Shown here one piece after another: positions 1-9,721 of a stretch of 52,703 nucleotides of DNA. The DNA lies in IMG/VR virus record IMGVR_UViG_3300027515_000001, positions 1 through 52,703 of that record; one strand, 5' to 3'. The position numbers and the translations under genes were made by a program. Within the stretch, counting starts at the first letter, position 1, and every line of letters starts with the position of its first letter. Source of the stretch: a virus. Its lineage: Duplodnaviria; Caudoviricetes. The notes below the pieces were generated by a model. The model was not told where the DNA came from, did not search any database, and worked only from the letters and a program-made list of their open reading frames with translations.

Positions 1-127
1 ATATATTCCAGCGCCTCGTCAACCGTATCAGCTGTCGGCAATATCTGCAACGGCGCGAGGAATTGCGTTGTTTGTGCGTGCAAACTCTCTTTTTGCGATT
101 TGTGCGGATCGTACAAAAGAAATCGCA
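1..127. repeat. Terminal direct repeat, left copy (assembly overlap)
   Basis: nt 1-127 identical to 52577-52703; 127 is a common assembler k-mer; an ORF reads through the junction. Confidence 0.95.
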
Positions 128-308
128 CGCCTTGCGCCGCCCACTGCGCCAGCCAAAACGCCGTGCCGGTCGTCTTGCCGCTTCCACCCTTCCCAGCAAC
201 CGCCAACGCATTGTGTTCACTCCAGCGCCACACGACCGGAACGCGCCGCTGTTCGTCGTTCCGGTATGCGCCGAGGATGAGATTGTTTGTGAACGGAGGC
301 AATTGCAT
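1..308 (-). CDS. N-terminal part of HerA/FtsK-like P-loop ATPase (continues across the junction to 52078; about 268 aa total)
   Basis: Manual translation from ATG 308: MQLPPFTNNLILG...NALAVAGKGGSGKTTGTAFWLAQW...FLLYDPHK; Walker A GKGGSGKT; in frame with ORF 52078..52692. Confidence 0.85.
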   Translation of the reverse strand, partial: MQLPPFTNNLILGAYRNDEQRRVPVVWRWSEHNALAVAGKGGSGKTTGTAFWLAQWAAQGVRFLLYDPHKSQKESLHAQTTQFLAPLQILPTADTVDEALEY

Positions 309-313
309 ATACG

Positions 314-537
314 TCACGCAAATAGTCGCTCGGCGACACGCTGAAACGCAGGCCAATGATCTTTCGGGATCATCCAGAGCGTATTGGAGATGCTTTCGTT
401 CAAGAACTGCAACGCTTTGCGCTCATTAAATGTCTTGCACAATGCGTACATGCGATGGTAATACCCGCCGATCACGCTGTCAACGAGATCGCATCAACCA
501 ACCCACGCGCCACTTGCTCATAATAATTTTGATACAT
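314..537 (-). pseudogene. Small hypothetical gene interrupted by an apparent 1-nt frameshift near 485
   Basis: RBS GGAGGGG then MYQNYYEQVARGLVDAI; continues in another frame as LVDSVIGGYYHRMYALCK...RVAERLFA*, ending 5 nt before the ATPase ATG. Confidence 0.5.
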
Positions 538-550
538 ACACCCCTCCGCT

Positions 551-1396
551 TTACTCAATATCTTTTCGATACTGGTGCCATCCGTAATAGTCATTTTTCC
601 AAAATTGCGTCGAACGTTCGGTTTTGATAAGCACGTCATCGGCGCAACTGGTAAAATTGCTCATTGCCGGATTTTCACGCCAAAACGCGATGTGCTCAAA
701 CGGCGACAAATGCTTGTGTTCCTTCAATCTTCGCGCCAAATCTTTGTTCTTTTGTTCGTCCTCCTCATCACGATTATACGAAACGCGGGCTAACCGCGCC
801 GCGACGCTATCGTAGTCGGCTTCTTCAAGTGGAAGATGCACATCGTCAACAACCCATTCCGCATTTCGTATCGCGTCACTAATTGCGCGCGCAACTTCTT
901 GCATCGCGACATCGGCGGTCGGATGGTTGCGCAATTGCAAAAACGCATCCCAAGCCGCTTGCGTGCCAGTCACGACACCAGCGATCACGCGGGTTGTTGG
1001 TAGCAACCGATTGAGTTGCTCTTTGGCGATATTATACGTTTGTGCCAGTCCGTCAATGTAGTAAACCATCAAATCGTGCAACCGAACCCATTCTTCGTGT
1101 ACTTCTCGATCATCAATCCGTTCACCAACCGCCATGCCCTTTGCAGTTTTATACAATTCCGACGGATGATAATATCCTAAATCGAGAACCCGACCGAACG
1201 ACATCGCCCGCGCTGATGACGCATTGCGCGAGAGACGCCGGTGGGTCAACAACTCGATCCAGACGTACAACGGCACCGTGACGCGCAAGGTAATTAGTCC
1301 AACGCGAAACAATTTGCGTCGCTTTGCTTGTGCAGGGATCGTCTTCCGCAAACACTCGATCCGAATAGGCGCTGCTTGCCATCGTTTTGCGCTCAT
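551..1396 (-). CDS. thyX: FAD-dependent thymidylate synthase
   Basis: ThyX motif THRRLSRNASSAR, plus KEQLNRLLP, FLQLRNHPTA, ARVSY and HLSPFEH; start moved to MSAKRW at 1396. Confidence 0.85.
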   Translation of the reverse strand: MSAKRWQAAPIRIECLRKTIPAQAKRRKLFRVGLITLRVTVPLYVWIELLTHRRLSRNASSARAMSFGRVLDLGYYHPSELYKTAKGMAVGERIDDREVHEEWVRLHDLMVYYIDGLAQTYNIAKEQLNRLLPTTRVIAGVVTGTQAAWDAFLQLRNHPTADVAMQEVARAISDAIRNAEWVVDDVHLPLEEADYDSVAARLARVSYNRDEEDEQKNKDLARRLKEHKHLSPFEHIAFWRENPAMSNFTSCADDVLIKTERSTQFWKNDYYGWHQYRKDIE

Positions 1397-1416
1397 ACAC
1401 CACCTTTTTACAACAT

Positions 1417-1614
1417 TCACAACGATGCGCGTACCATCATTGTCAACATCGCGGGAATAATGAACAAAAACACAAATACCAACACCAACGCGCCAACGAT
1501 AATTGTAATTTTGATAGACGCCTGCGCAAAAAGGTGCTGCGATTGCGCAATCACTTGATGCACTAATGCAACACCGATCTGAAACCCCCACGTTAACCAA
1601 AACACTGCACGCAT
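1417..1614 (-). CDS. Small membrane protein
   Basis: GGAAGGGG RBS before MRAVFWLTW; strongly hydrophobic segment IIVGALVLVFVFLFIIPAML. Confidence 0.6.
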   Translation of the reverse strand: MRAVFWLTWGFQIGVALVHQVIAQSQHLFAQASIKITIIVGALVLVFVFLFIIPAMLTMMVRASL

Positions 1615-1618
1615 ACAA

Positions 1619-2650
1619 CTACCCCTTCCAGCTATTGTACATTTTACCCAAATACCGATACCTGCGAAAGACAGGCTCACTGAAACGATTAAATACTTCA
1701 AACTCGTCTTCTGCGCGTAACAATGCATACCCTTGTTGCATCGGCGCATAGGTGTTCAACCTTCGCTCGCTATACCAAAACTTTTGCGGATCGGCGATGC
1801 ACCCGATGGACGCGCCTAGCCATTGGTCATTTTGCACAACTCCGAGCAAGTGATCGTGTCCAACGAGTACATGTTGTTGTCGTTGTTTTGCAATCGTTGC
1901 CGCTAGTTTCCCCGGCTGCTTGTGGGATTGTGACAAATGACCAACGACAAATGTTTCACCAATCTCGATGTAATCATACTCTGAAACCGTGATCTGGTAG
2001 CGCGGCTGCTTATTCCCCAACGCGGCATAGATCAAACGTTGCAACGTCAAAGCGGCATCGAGTTTGACCGCCATCCGCTCGTCATGGTTGCCATTGCAAA
2101 TATAGACAGGCGCCGTTTTTGCCAACGCAAGCAGCACCTCGCCCGCCATAGCTAATTCAGTTTCAAGCCGGGGGACGTTCCAATCACGCGGATAGCGTGA
2201 GATTTGCGCAAAGTCAAATACATCACCGGCGACAACAATTTGATCATATTCACCATGATGCTTATTCAACAGTTGCACGAGAAACGATTTGTCATGAAAC
2301 GGCGCGTGGATGTCAGCGATCACCAACGTGCGTTGAAACGGGATACGCAGCGGCTCGTGAAACGGTTTTGGTAATGGCTCAGGAATGCACACCAGATCGC
2401 TTTCACGAGTTTCGCGCATAGCTGCGTCGCGCAATTGCGTGCGTTGCGCAACGGTTGCACCAGCATCTAGTTGCGTATGCGTAAATTGCGCGCGATCCTT
2501 TCGTCGCCGCCACCATGCGCGCAATGCCATCGGGCTATTCCAACGCATTGCGCATTCCACTTCAAGCCGACGCTGGATTTCTTCCCATGTAATTGCCGGA
2601 TGCAGTCGTTTTAGTTCGGTAATGCGTTCGACAATAGCAGTTTCGTTCAT
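1619..2650 (-). CDS. Calcineurin-like metallophosphoesterase with N-terminal extension
   Basis: Motifs ADIH, AGDVFD, GNHDER, VGH, GHDH. Confidence 0.85.
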   Translation of the reverse strand: MNETAIVERITELKRLHPAITWEEIQRRLEVECAMRWNSPMALRAWWRRRKDRAQFTHTQLDAGATVAQRTQLRDAAMRETRESDLVCIPEPLPKPFHEPLRIPFQRTLVIADIHAPFHDKSFLVQLLNKHHGEYDQIVVAGDVFDFAQISRYPRDWNVPRLETELAMAGEVLLALAKTAPVYICNGNHDERMAVKLDAALTLQRLIYAALGNKQPRYQITVSEYDYIEIGETFVVGHLSQSHKQPGKLAATIAKQRQQHVLVGHDHLLGVVQNDQWLGASIGCIADPQKFWYSERRLNTYAPMQQGYALLRAEDEFEVFNRFSEPVFRRYRYLGKMYNSWKG

Positions 2651-2686
2651 AACAACCTCAAAAATGATCAATTTCTCCGAAACCGA

Positions 2687-3319
2687 TCAAACCGACTGAT
2701 GCGTTTTTGCCTTTGCCATGTCATCAATGAAGAGCTTCAGTACATAGTACGCTTCTTGTTCGCTACAGTCAAAAACATTCATCAGCAACAAAACCGCGTC
2801 TTTCAACGATAGGTCAATTCTCTGTTGCTGATAGGCGCGAAACACACTTGATAAGTACGAATACATCTGATCAACGTTGCTCGTATCATTCTCCTGTTCG
2901 CTGTGATAAGTTCGGATAAATTGTACAAATCGGCGCGGTGAGATGTTGCTCGCGTGAATACGCTGCTGATACCTACGCACCTCCGCTGCCACCGTCCAAC
3001 CGAATGCTAATGCGACGATCCCAAGCGTCTTGATAAGCTCGCGCGAAATAACTGGTGTCGGCGACAGGATTGCGCGCTGAAGCAACACATACTGTTGCTT
3101 GCTGATTTGTGCAGTTTGCACAAGATCGAGCAACCGCTCTTCGATCTCAAACCACGTCCATTCGCGGTCATCGAATGTATCGCGCTGCTCAAACGCCTCG
3201 GTAAGACGCACTAACACCAGCCCCGTCGCCGGAATACGCGACCACGCTACCGGCAGCGTTGTGCAAAAAGTACAATGTCTACGCTTTCTTCCGAAACGGG
3301 CAATAATATTTGCACACAT
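2687..3319 (-). CDS. Hypothetical protein
   Basis: 210-aa ORF packed into the minus-strand operon; CxxC near the N-terminus; start uncertain. Confidence 0.6.
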   Translation of the reverse strand: MCANIIARFGRKRRHCTFCTTLPVAWSRIPATGLVLVRLTEAFEQRDTFDDREWTWFEIEERLLDLVQTAQISKQQYVLLQRAILSPTPVISRELIKTLGIVALAFGWTVAAEVRRYQQRIHASNISPRRFVQFIRTYHSEQENDTSNVDQMYSYLSSVFRAYQQQRIDLSLKDAVLLLMNVFDCSEQEAYYVLKLFIDDMAKAKTHQSV

Positions 3320-4025
3320 CGCATTGCCTCACACTCTCAAACCGATCTTGCGCGATTGTCTCAGCGATGCTTTGCGCTCTCGGCAGCGTTATGTCATATA
3401 AGCAATCGACATCGGCATCAACTGTTTCACCGGTGCGCAAATGGTGCCAAATAACGCGCTTTGGTCGGTGTCCAAACAATCGCTCATACGCCATCGCATA
3501 CAGCGCAAATTGAATATCGTCGTTAATAGACGCAGGTTTGTACTGCGACGTTTTGAAATCAACCACCCACCCGCGTTCGTCGATCAAGTCAATAAAACCA
3601 AGCGCATACGTATGATCTGACAATTGTTCAACAAAAAACCGTTCCGATCCATTCGCAATTGCGCGATACTGTGTTAGATCGTTTGTCTCAAACACCTGCA
3701 CCCCGTCAATTGCATAGCGCGGATATTCTCGGTATTCATCTAAATCATCGAGTTTCGCTAGGTACGCTCGTTTTGGCGGCTCGCCGTATTTATAAAATTG
3801 CTCAATTGCATAATGCGCCGCCTTGCCAAAAATAACCGAATGATGGGTAGGCGGACGCTCTCCTAAAACGTACTGCTTCCAAAACCGAAACCGGCACTCT
3901 TCGTACAACTTGATACGCGACGCCGACAGCCTGATCTTTCCGCGCCGGTCAAAACATTGCTTCTTTGCAATGAGTTCTGGATACTGGTCAAAAATGTGTT
4001 CTGGCAAAGGTTCGTCACGCAACAT
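3279..4025 (-). CDS. PD-(D/E)XK RecB/Cas4-like exonuclease
   Basis: LSASRIKLYEEC, GKAAH, GFIDLID, VVDFKTS, QFALYA and C-terminal CxxCxxxC; RBS GAGGAGG. Confidence 0.88.
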   Translation of the reverse strand: MLRDEPLPEHIFDQYPELIAKKQCFDRRGKIRLSASRIKLYEECRFRFWKQYVLGERPPTHHSVIFGKAAHYAIEQFYKYGEPPKRAYLAKLDDLDEYREYPRYAIDGVQVFETNDLTQYRAIANGSERFFVEQLSDHTYALGFIDLIDERGWVVDFKTSQYKPASINDDIQFALYAMAYERLFGHRPKRVIWHHLRTGETVDADVDCLYDITLPRAQSIAETIAQDRFESVRQCDVCKYYCPFRKKA

Positions 4026-4026
4026 G

Positions 4027-4371
4027 TTACATATCCTCCTCGTACTCATGTTCCTTGATGTTCATCAACCCTGCGCGGGGAACTGTCGCGTACCACAATT
4101 CGAGCATTGCCCGAATATGCAACTGTTCGAGTAATTGTACCGATGCTCGTATTTGCTCAAATGCAATTTTTGTTTCTAGCGCCGCTTTGCGATACGAAAC
4201 CAACTCTTTTTCACGCAATTGAGGTCGGCGCGGATAACGTTCCTTCAATTCGTTCTCTTTTTGCTCTAATGCAAATTGCGCTTCAGCATACGCCTTCCAC
4301 GCTTCCGCAAGATGATTATACATCTCGATCATTCGTTCGTAGGACGGAGCAATATCAACCCATCGCGTCAT
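4027..4371 (-). CDS. Hypothetical coiled-coil protein (possible recombination mediator)
   Basis: 114 aa, helical, lies between RecA and the nuclease; RBS GAGGAGG. Confidence 0.65.
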   Translation of the reverse strand: MTRWVDIAPSYERMIEMYNHLAEAWKAYAEAQFALEQKENELKERYPRRPQLREKELVSYRKAALETKIAFEQIRASVQLLEQLHIRAMLELWYATVPRAGLMNIKEHEYEEDM

Positions 4372-5305
4372 TGTTGCCCTCCTCGCGCATTAAAGTCATG
4401 ACATCCTGCACGAGATCACCCGTGCAAAATGTTGTGATCGCAACAATTTCGCCCTGTACTTTTTCTCCGGTTCGCGGAGAAACGTACCACGAACCACGCT
4501 TTTCGATCAATCCCAGCCGGATCGCATGTTGAAGTACATCCGCACCCGCGTCAAATCCACGCCCATGTACCAACTTGACCGTTGCCGAGCGCCGCGCTGG
4601 TGCGGTTCGGTTTTTCGTGACCGTAACCTGCACCTCGTCGGCGTCGTCACCTTTCTTTAATGTCACTAGTTCGAGGCGCAACGATAGCGCGTGATGGTAG
4701 ACAAAGGAACCCGCTGGCTTCTTGTCCACACGCGATAACGTTGAAATATTGGCGCGGTACTGATTGATAAACAACAACGTATTGTTGCGCAATGCGAGAA
4801 TTGGCGTTAATCGCTTGCAAAATAACCCTAATTTCTTTGCGTGCTCGCCAATTCGTTGTTCTGTTTCGTATATGTCACTCGGATTGTCGTCGCTCGCAGA
4901 TGACGGAATGAGCCATGTCACGCTATCGAGCACAACGAACGCACGTTCATGCTGGCGAAACACCCACTCGATTGCGGTCAGCGTTTCTTCCATTGCGCCA
5001 GCGCGAATAATCGTCAGCCGATTGAGGTCAACGCCGAGCGACTGCGCATACGCCGGGTCGAACGTGCGCTCTTGATCCACGTAAAAGGTTGTGTGATCAC
5101 ATTTTTGCGCTTGTGCAATTGCATCAAGCGAAAGCGACGTTTTACCTGTTCCTTGCGCGCCGACGAGATCGGTCATCATTCCGACCGGAATGCCGCCGCC
5201 CGTGATTATGTTCAACGACGGCAGCGAGAACGGAATATACGATTTCGGTTGGTGCAACAGCGCAACCGCCGGAATGAGATATTGTTGCAATTCGGTCAAT
5301 TTCAT
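4355..5305 (-). CDS. recA: RecA/UvsX-like recombinase
   Basis: GGGIPVG, Walker A GAQGTGKT, YVDQERTFDPAYAQSLGVD, VVLDSV, FINQYR, VTKNRTAP. Confidence 0.93.
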   Translation of the reverse strand: MKLTELQQYLIPAVALLHQPKSYIPFSLPSLNIITGGGIPVGMMTDLVGAQGTGKTSLSLDAIAQAQKCDHTTFYVDQERTFDPAYAQSLGVDLNRLTIIRAGAMEETLTAIEWVFRQHERAFVVLDSVTWLIPSSASDDNPSDIYETEQRIGEHAKKLGLFCKRLTPILALRNNTLLFINQYRANISTLSRVDKKPAGSFVYHHALSLRLELVTLKKGDDADEVQVTVTKNRTAPARRSATVKLVHGRGFDAGADVLQHAIRLGLIEKRGSWYVSPRTGEKVQGEIVAITTFCTGDLVQDVMTLMREEGNNDAMG

Positions 5306-5341
5306 ATATGCAAATCCTTCATATCACGCAACGGTTGCGCA

Positions 5342-5704
5342 TCACGCAACATTTGCCTGCGCTTCGACCAACAAAGTAAACACATGGTCGATCATCAATT
5401 TGACCATATACACGATTGTCACCATGTCCGGTTCAAAAAACCCTCCGTACTCGTCAATAACCCCATACGCAACACCATCTTCACCTTGTTTTTTTACCAG
5501 CACTTTGTGCAACACCGCAGTTACTGCGTGTATCCATGTATCGGCTGCCGCTTGGTCGTCAACAATTTCTGAGATGTTCTCCGGCGAACTGACATATTTA
5601 TGCGTCAACGATCCCTTTTTTAATACTTTCCGCTTTTTTGTGATATAATACACATCTACCGTGTTATCCTTTTTCAACAGCAACGCCCATCGTTTCTGGT
5701 TCAT
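5342..5704 (-). CDS. Hypothetical protein
   Basis: 120-aa ORF with AAAGGAG RBS. Confidence 0.7.
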   Translation of the reverse strand: MNQKRWALLLKKDNTVDVYYITKKRKVLKKGSLTHKYVSSPENISEIVDDQAAADTWIHAVTAVLHKVLVKKQGEDGVAYGVIDEYGGFFEPDMVTIVYMVKLMIDHVFTLLVEAQANVA

Positions 5705-5742
5705 GTTTCACTCCTTTCTTTTATGACATGACATATAAGCAA

Positions 5743-6363
5743 CTACGCAGCAACATACCAGTATCCCCGCGCAGTCATGTGGTTACGCTCATACGCACGT
5801 CGTGACAATTGCGTATCAAGTCCGCGTTGCACCTCGACCACGCTCATCGCAGAAATGCACAATTCGGCGTGATAATCGCCAATTTGATGCACATCTTGAT
5901 GCACATTTGTGTTCATTTGCACATCGTTTTGCGCATCTGTGATAGAAAGTGAACGACGTGAAAATAGTTCGACATCGACATTTTCCATGATAAGCAACGT
6001 CGAAGGTGACGGTTTGCGGAGTTTGAAGAAGCCGTAACGTTCAACGAGTTGTGCGGGAGTTAACGAAATAAACACATGATCTGTGGCGATCACGTGGCAA
6101 AGAAAACGGTTGTATAAACGCTCAATGTGCGTATATGCAATATCGCCAGCGAGTGTGGACAACGACAAACAATACTGATCGTCGGCGCACTGGAGCGTAT
6201 ACGGGGAAACGGGGAAATATGGCACCGCCAGCGTGTAAGCGATATACGTGGGAGAGTGCAGTAAAATACGTTTTCCTCTCGACAAACTCTGTTCGTAATT
6301 TGTTTCGGTTAGCCCAACGAACGTTACATACATTTCCCGATGGTTCAGTTCCTGATTAACCAT
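5743..6363 (-). CDS. Hypothetical protein
   Basis: AAAGGAG RBS before MVNQELN; first gene after the promoter at 6425-6452. Confidence 0.7.
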   Translation of the reverse strand: MVNQELNHREMYVTFVGLTETNYEQSLSRGKRILLHSPTYIAYTLAVPYFPVSPYTLQCADDQYCLSLSTLAGDIAYTHIERLYNRFLCHVIATDHVFISLTPAQLVERYGFFKLRKPSPSTLLIMENVDVELFSRRSLSITDAQNDVQMNTNVHQDVHQIGDYHAELCISAMSVVEVQRGLDTQLSRRAYERNHMTARGYWYVAA

Positions 6364-6424
6364 TGCGCTACTCCTTTCATAAATGTCATGACATACACGC
6401 AACGACACACAGGCCGTTGAAAAC

Positions 6425-6452
6425 AGTATAACACACCTTTTGTAGTTGTCAA
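6425..6452 (-). promoter_or_regulatory. Sigma70-type promoter for the recombination/thyX operon
   Basis: TTGACA-16 nt-TATACT with extended -10 TG. Confidence 0.8.
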
Positions 6453-6496
6453 GTCACACAACCCGCCGGTTTGTGCAAATTGTACAAAGAGATGTT

Positions 6497-6868
6497 ATGA
6501 ACGACAGTAACCACCTTTCTTTAACCGACCGCCACGCGATAACACCGCTGCCCGTACCGCAAAAACATTGCGCGCTTTGCGATGCGGTAATTCGGTCAAA
6601 CGACACTGTGTGTCGAAAACATTATGGCGATATGCTGGCATATCGCGGGCAGTCGTGGTTCGAGGCGCTTGTACAAATTGAACGCGAGCAATACCGGAAT
6701 GCGCAACGGTTGTTTCGCACGCAACGCAAACAAAAACATGCGTATGTGCTGACATTGCCCAAACCGGCGAAATTGCTTTTATGCAACTTTGCGTTGATCG
6801 GAGCAACGCGCAAACAGCAGGCAAAACTGCGATCATGGCTGCTCCGATTTTATAAATCGCTTGCGTGA
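6497..6868 (+). CDS. Hypothetical zinc-finger protein
   Basis: CALC...CRKH motif; basic C-terminus. Confidence 0.6.
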   Translation: MNDSNHLSLTDRHAITPLPVPQKHCALCDAVIRSNDTVCRKHYGDMLAYRGQSWFEALVQIEREQYRNAQRLFRTQRKQKHAYVLTLPKPAKLLLCNFALIGATRKQQAKLRSWLLRFYKSLA

Positions 6869-6938
6869 TTATCATGTAATTACTTCATAGTACAAATAGT
6901 TGCAACTGTGATACTTGTAGAATAATACAGTTACGTGT

Positions 6939-7877
6939 ATGAAACAACGAGCATTTTTTGAAACAAACTATGCAATTGCGCAAGCGGATTTTTCAAATCC
7001 GTTTGTTTCCGTTATTTCGTTCATTTTAACTGACTTTTTGCCAAATAAAAACGGGCAGGCGGTCGCGATTGAAGAAAAAGACCGCATTATCGAGACGGCA
7101 AAAGGGATGCCGTTTAAGATGAACCCCGTAACCGGCGAGCACGAAGATGCTGAAACTATCGGCCCGATTGTCAAAACGTGGTTCGGAAATGACAATAACC
7201 GGCCCGTGGTGTACGCAGAAGCGATTATTTGGAAGTTAGAGTATCCTGAAATTGATCGATTTATTCAGGAAAAGTATCAAAATCAAGAACCATTGGCGGT
7301 TTCGTGGGAATTGCTGTATAGCGATAGCGAAACTGATCAAAATAATACGCAATGGTTGAAAAATGTTATTGTTACCGGCGTCGCATTAGTTTCACAACCC
7401 GCGTATGGCACCTATCGCACTCGCATTCTCGCCATCGCGGAAGACCAAACGACGGAGGCATCAATGATTGCGCCTAATGAGCAATTGACCACTACGAACA
7501 TCGTTGCATCCGCAACCGAACACACACTTCCCTCGACCGAAGCGATTGAACGCGAATTGGAGCAGGCCCGCGCCGAAATTGCGCAGCTTCGCGAGCAGGT
7601 TGACGCGCTCAAACGCGAATTGACGTTTGCGCAACGCAAAGAAGAGCTGCGCGAGTTTTTTCGCGATGTGGAAAGCAAGCGCGATTTCGTGCTTTCGCTC
7701 TCTGAAGAAGCGTTTCGTTCGTATGTGAACGATTTGCGTGCGATGAAACAAAACGTTGTTGTGCAATCTGCACAAAACGAATTGCACACAGCGACGAGTT
7801 CGATGAAACCGGCTATTCCCGCCGGTCTCGCAAACGAACCGCTTTCGGTCGTCGATCTCTTTAAGCGTCTTGTGTAA
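6939..7877 (+). CDS. Prohead protease/scaffold protein
   Basis: PNKNG, VSWEL and TGVALVSQPAY typical of phage maturation proteases; C-terminal coiled coil; lies upstream of the capsid genes. Confidence 0.75.
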   Translation: MKQRAFFETNYAIAQADFSNPFVSVISFILTDFLPNKNGQAVAIEEKDRIIETAKGMPFKMNPVTGEHEDAETIGPIVKTWFGNDNNRPVVYAEAIIWKLEYPEIDRFIQEKYQNQEPLAVSWELLYSDSETDQNNTQWLKNVIVTGVALVSQPAYGTYRTRILAIAEDQTTEASMIAPNEQLTTTNIVASATEHTLPSTEAIERELEQARAEIAQLREQVDALKRELTFAQRKEELREFFRDVESKRDFVLSLSEEAFRSYVNDLRAMKQNVVVQSAQNELHTATSSMKPAIPAGLANEPLSVVDLFKRLV

Positions 7878-7911
7878 AACCATTTCTTATCAATAATTGC
7901 GAGGTGTACCA

Positions 7912-8451
7912 ATGGCTTATACGCAAACTCCGAATGGCACGCTGTTGCCCGCCGTCGCCGGTGCTGATGTCCTCGCTGGCAAATTGGTAACGTTGACAAA
8001 CAATACCAACGGTATGTTGCCGAGAGCAGTTCCGGCGGCGAGCACGGCGACCGTCGTTTATGTCGCGTTGCCAGAAGATGACAGCTACAACCGCCCGACC
8101 GACGAGCGTTTCTACCTTGCCAGCGAGCACGGGATCGGTGATATGTTCGGCGCAACGGGTTGGACGTTCGAGACGGAACAAATTACATATCATAAAGTCG
8201 GACTGGCGTCGCAATACGAAGCGACGATCAAAGACGGCATGCGGATGATCGCGGCGAAGGGTGTGGTGGTTGCAGTGACGCCGAACTGCTACGTTGACAG
8301 CGCAGACATTAAGCAAGAAGGTGCGCTCGTCAAGGTCGCCAGCGGTTCTGGTAACGAGGGCAAGTTTGAGCTTGCCAGCGCTTTGGATAAGCCTGTTGGC
8401 GTCGTTGTCGGCGTGTTTAGCGACAACCGTTTGTCAATTCACGTATTTTAA
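7912..8451 (+). CDS. Putative capsid decoration/cement protein
   Basis: Between protease and major capsid gene; small, G/A/V-rich, predicted beta-rich. Confidence 0.55.
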   Translation: MAYTQTPNGTLLPAVAGADVLAGKLVTLTNNTNGMLPRAVPAASTATVVYVALPEDDSYNRPTDERFYLASEHGIGDMFGATGWTFETEQITYHKVGLASQYEATIKDGMRMIAAKGVVVAVTPNCYVDSADIKQEGALVKVASGSGNEGKFELASALDKPVGVVVGVFSDNRLSIHVF

Positions 8452-8492
8452 TGCAAATAGTTTCCTACGCAACAAATTGCATGAGGTGATAC

Positions 8493-9443
8493 ATGACTAC
8501 TGAACTGTTGCACAAGCGACAATTGACGCCAGCGGAACGGAGCGCGGTTGCCGAAATCGCTCGCACCGCCGGTACCTTCGATCTCGGCGCACGGAGCACC
8601 TTCGCCGAGACGATCATACAAAGCATCGCACCGGGCGAGCTTTCGCTTGAATTGTTCAACCTGTTCTTGCCGGTCGAGCAGATCGGATTGAATGATGACA
8701 TCGAGACCGTGTTGCAACGCGGGCGGTTTATTGCGCGCCCAATGGTTGAAGGCGCAAGCAATTTCGCGGATAACGTGTTCCAAGCATCGAAGCGGATTTT
8801 TGCAAATGAGAAATTGATTTGCGGTGCAAAAGTTTCGCTCGGCAAACTTCGCAGCGGCGACGTTCGTTCTATTGCCGATATTCGCCGCCAACTGATGACC
8901 GACCTTATGACTCAGATCGCGAGCAACGTTTTTAATAAGCTAACCACGATCTGGAACTCGACCGAGACGCCGAACAATTATTTGAGCGCCACGTCATTGA
9001 CCAAGCCAAATCTCGACACGCTGATCACGGCGCTGTATGATCGCGGCGACGTGCGAGCGATCATCGGTACGCGCCGGGCGCTGCGCCCACTGTTCGAGTT
9101 TGCCGGTTATGTGACTGTCGGTTCGACGGCGCTTGCCATCCCGCGTCAATTGCAAGAGTACGGTGACACGGGCATGGTCAGCGCGTACAACGGCATCCCC
9201 GTGGTCGTGTTGCCGCAAGTTACAAATTATGTCTACCCGACCCAAAACAATAAGCTGGTGCGTGATGACGTTGTGGTCATCGTTGGCCAAGACGCTGGTA
9301 TAATCGCGCTACGTGGCGAGATGGAAATGCAAGAGCACATCGAAACGCGAGTGCAACCGGCGGAATATTGGTTGCATGTCTGGCAACGCTACGGCATCGT
9401 GATCAACGCTCGCGAGCGCGTGGCGATCTACCATATTGTGTAA
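8493..9443 (+). CDS. Major capsid protein (HK97 fold, putative)
   Basis: 316 aa; position; P-domain-like SAYNGIPVVVLP and terminal YGIVINARERVAIY. Confidence 0.8.
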   Translation: MTTELLHKRQLTPAERSAVAEIARTAGTFDLGARSTFAETIIQSIAPGELSLELFNLFLPVEQIGLNDDIETVLQRGRFIARPMVEGASNFADNVFQASKRIFANEKLICGAKVSLGKLRSGDVRSIADIRRQLMTDLMTQIASNVFNKLTTIWNSTETPNNYLSATSLTKPNLDTLITALYDRGDVRAIIGTRRALRPLFEFAGYVTVGSTALAIPRQLQEYGDTGMVSAYNGIPVVVLPQVTNYVYPTQNNKLVRDDVVVIVGQDAGIIALRGEMEMQEHIETRVQPAEYWLHVWQRYGIVINARERVAIYHIV

Positions 9444-9447
9444 CGGT

Positions 9448-9633
9448 ATGAACGAAAAACATTGGTGGCAAAGCAAGACAATCTGGCTGAACGCGGTATT
9501 ATTTGTAATCGCGGTAATCGGGGTGCTGATCGACAGTAGTTTGTTTGATCAGTATGATGAGGTGTTGTTATTGATCGCAGCAATTCTCAATTTAGTATTG
9601 CGATATTTCTATACGAATACGGCGCTAAAATAA
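9448..9633 (+). CDS. Holin-like protein
   Basis: KHWWQSKTIWLN followed by two hydrophobic helices and NLVLRYFYT. Confidence 0.7.
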   Translation: MNEKHWWQSKTIWLNAVLFVIAVIGVLIDSSLFDQYDEVLLLIAAILNLVLRYFYTNTALK

Positions 9634-9636
9634 AAA

Positions 9637-9668
9637 TTTGAGAGGCAGCTTCGTTGCTGCCTCTCAAA
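9637..9668. terminator. Hairpin terminator between convergent operons
   Basis: TTTGAGAGGCAGC-TTCGTT-GCTGCCTCTCAAA, perfect 13-bp stem. Confidence 0.8.
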
Positions 9669-9721
9669 CGATAATCTATTGTGAAAACGGAGAATACTTC
9701 GACCACGAACGGGGCGAGTTG

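Noticed and set aside
1-127. Terminal repeat as a biological DTR or att site
   Set aside because: Length equals a common assembler k-mer and an intact gene runs through it; best explained as circular overlap
1397-1618. N-terminal 74 aa of the 355-aa ThyX ORF
   Set aside because: Overlaps a better membrane-protein ORF in another frame; ThyX likely starts at 1396
3279-4025. Cas4 as part of a CRISPR system
   Set aside because: Sits in a RecA operon with no cas1/cas2 or array; ordinary phage exonuclease
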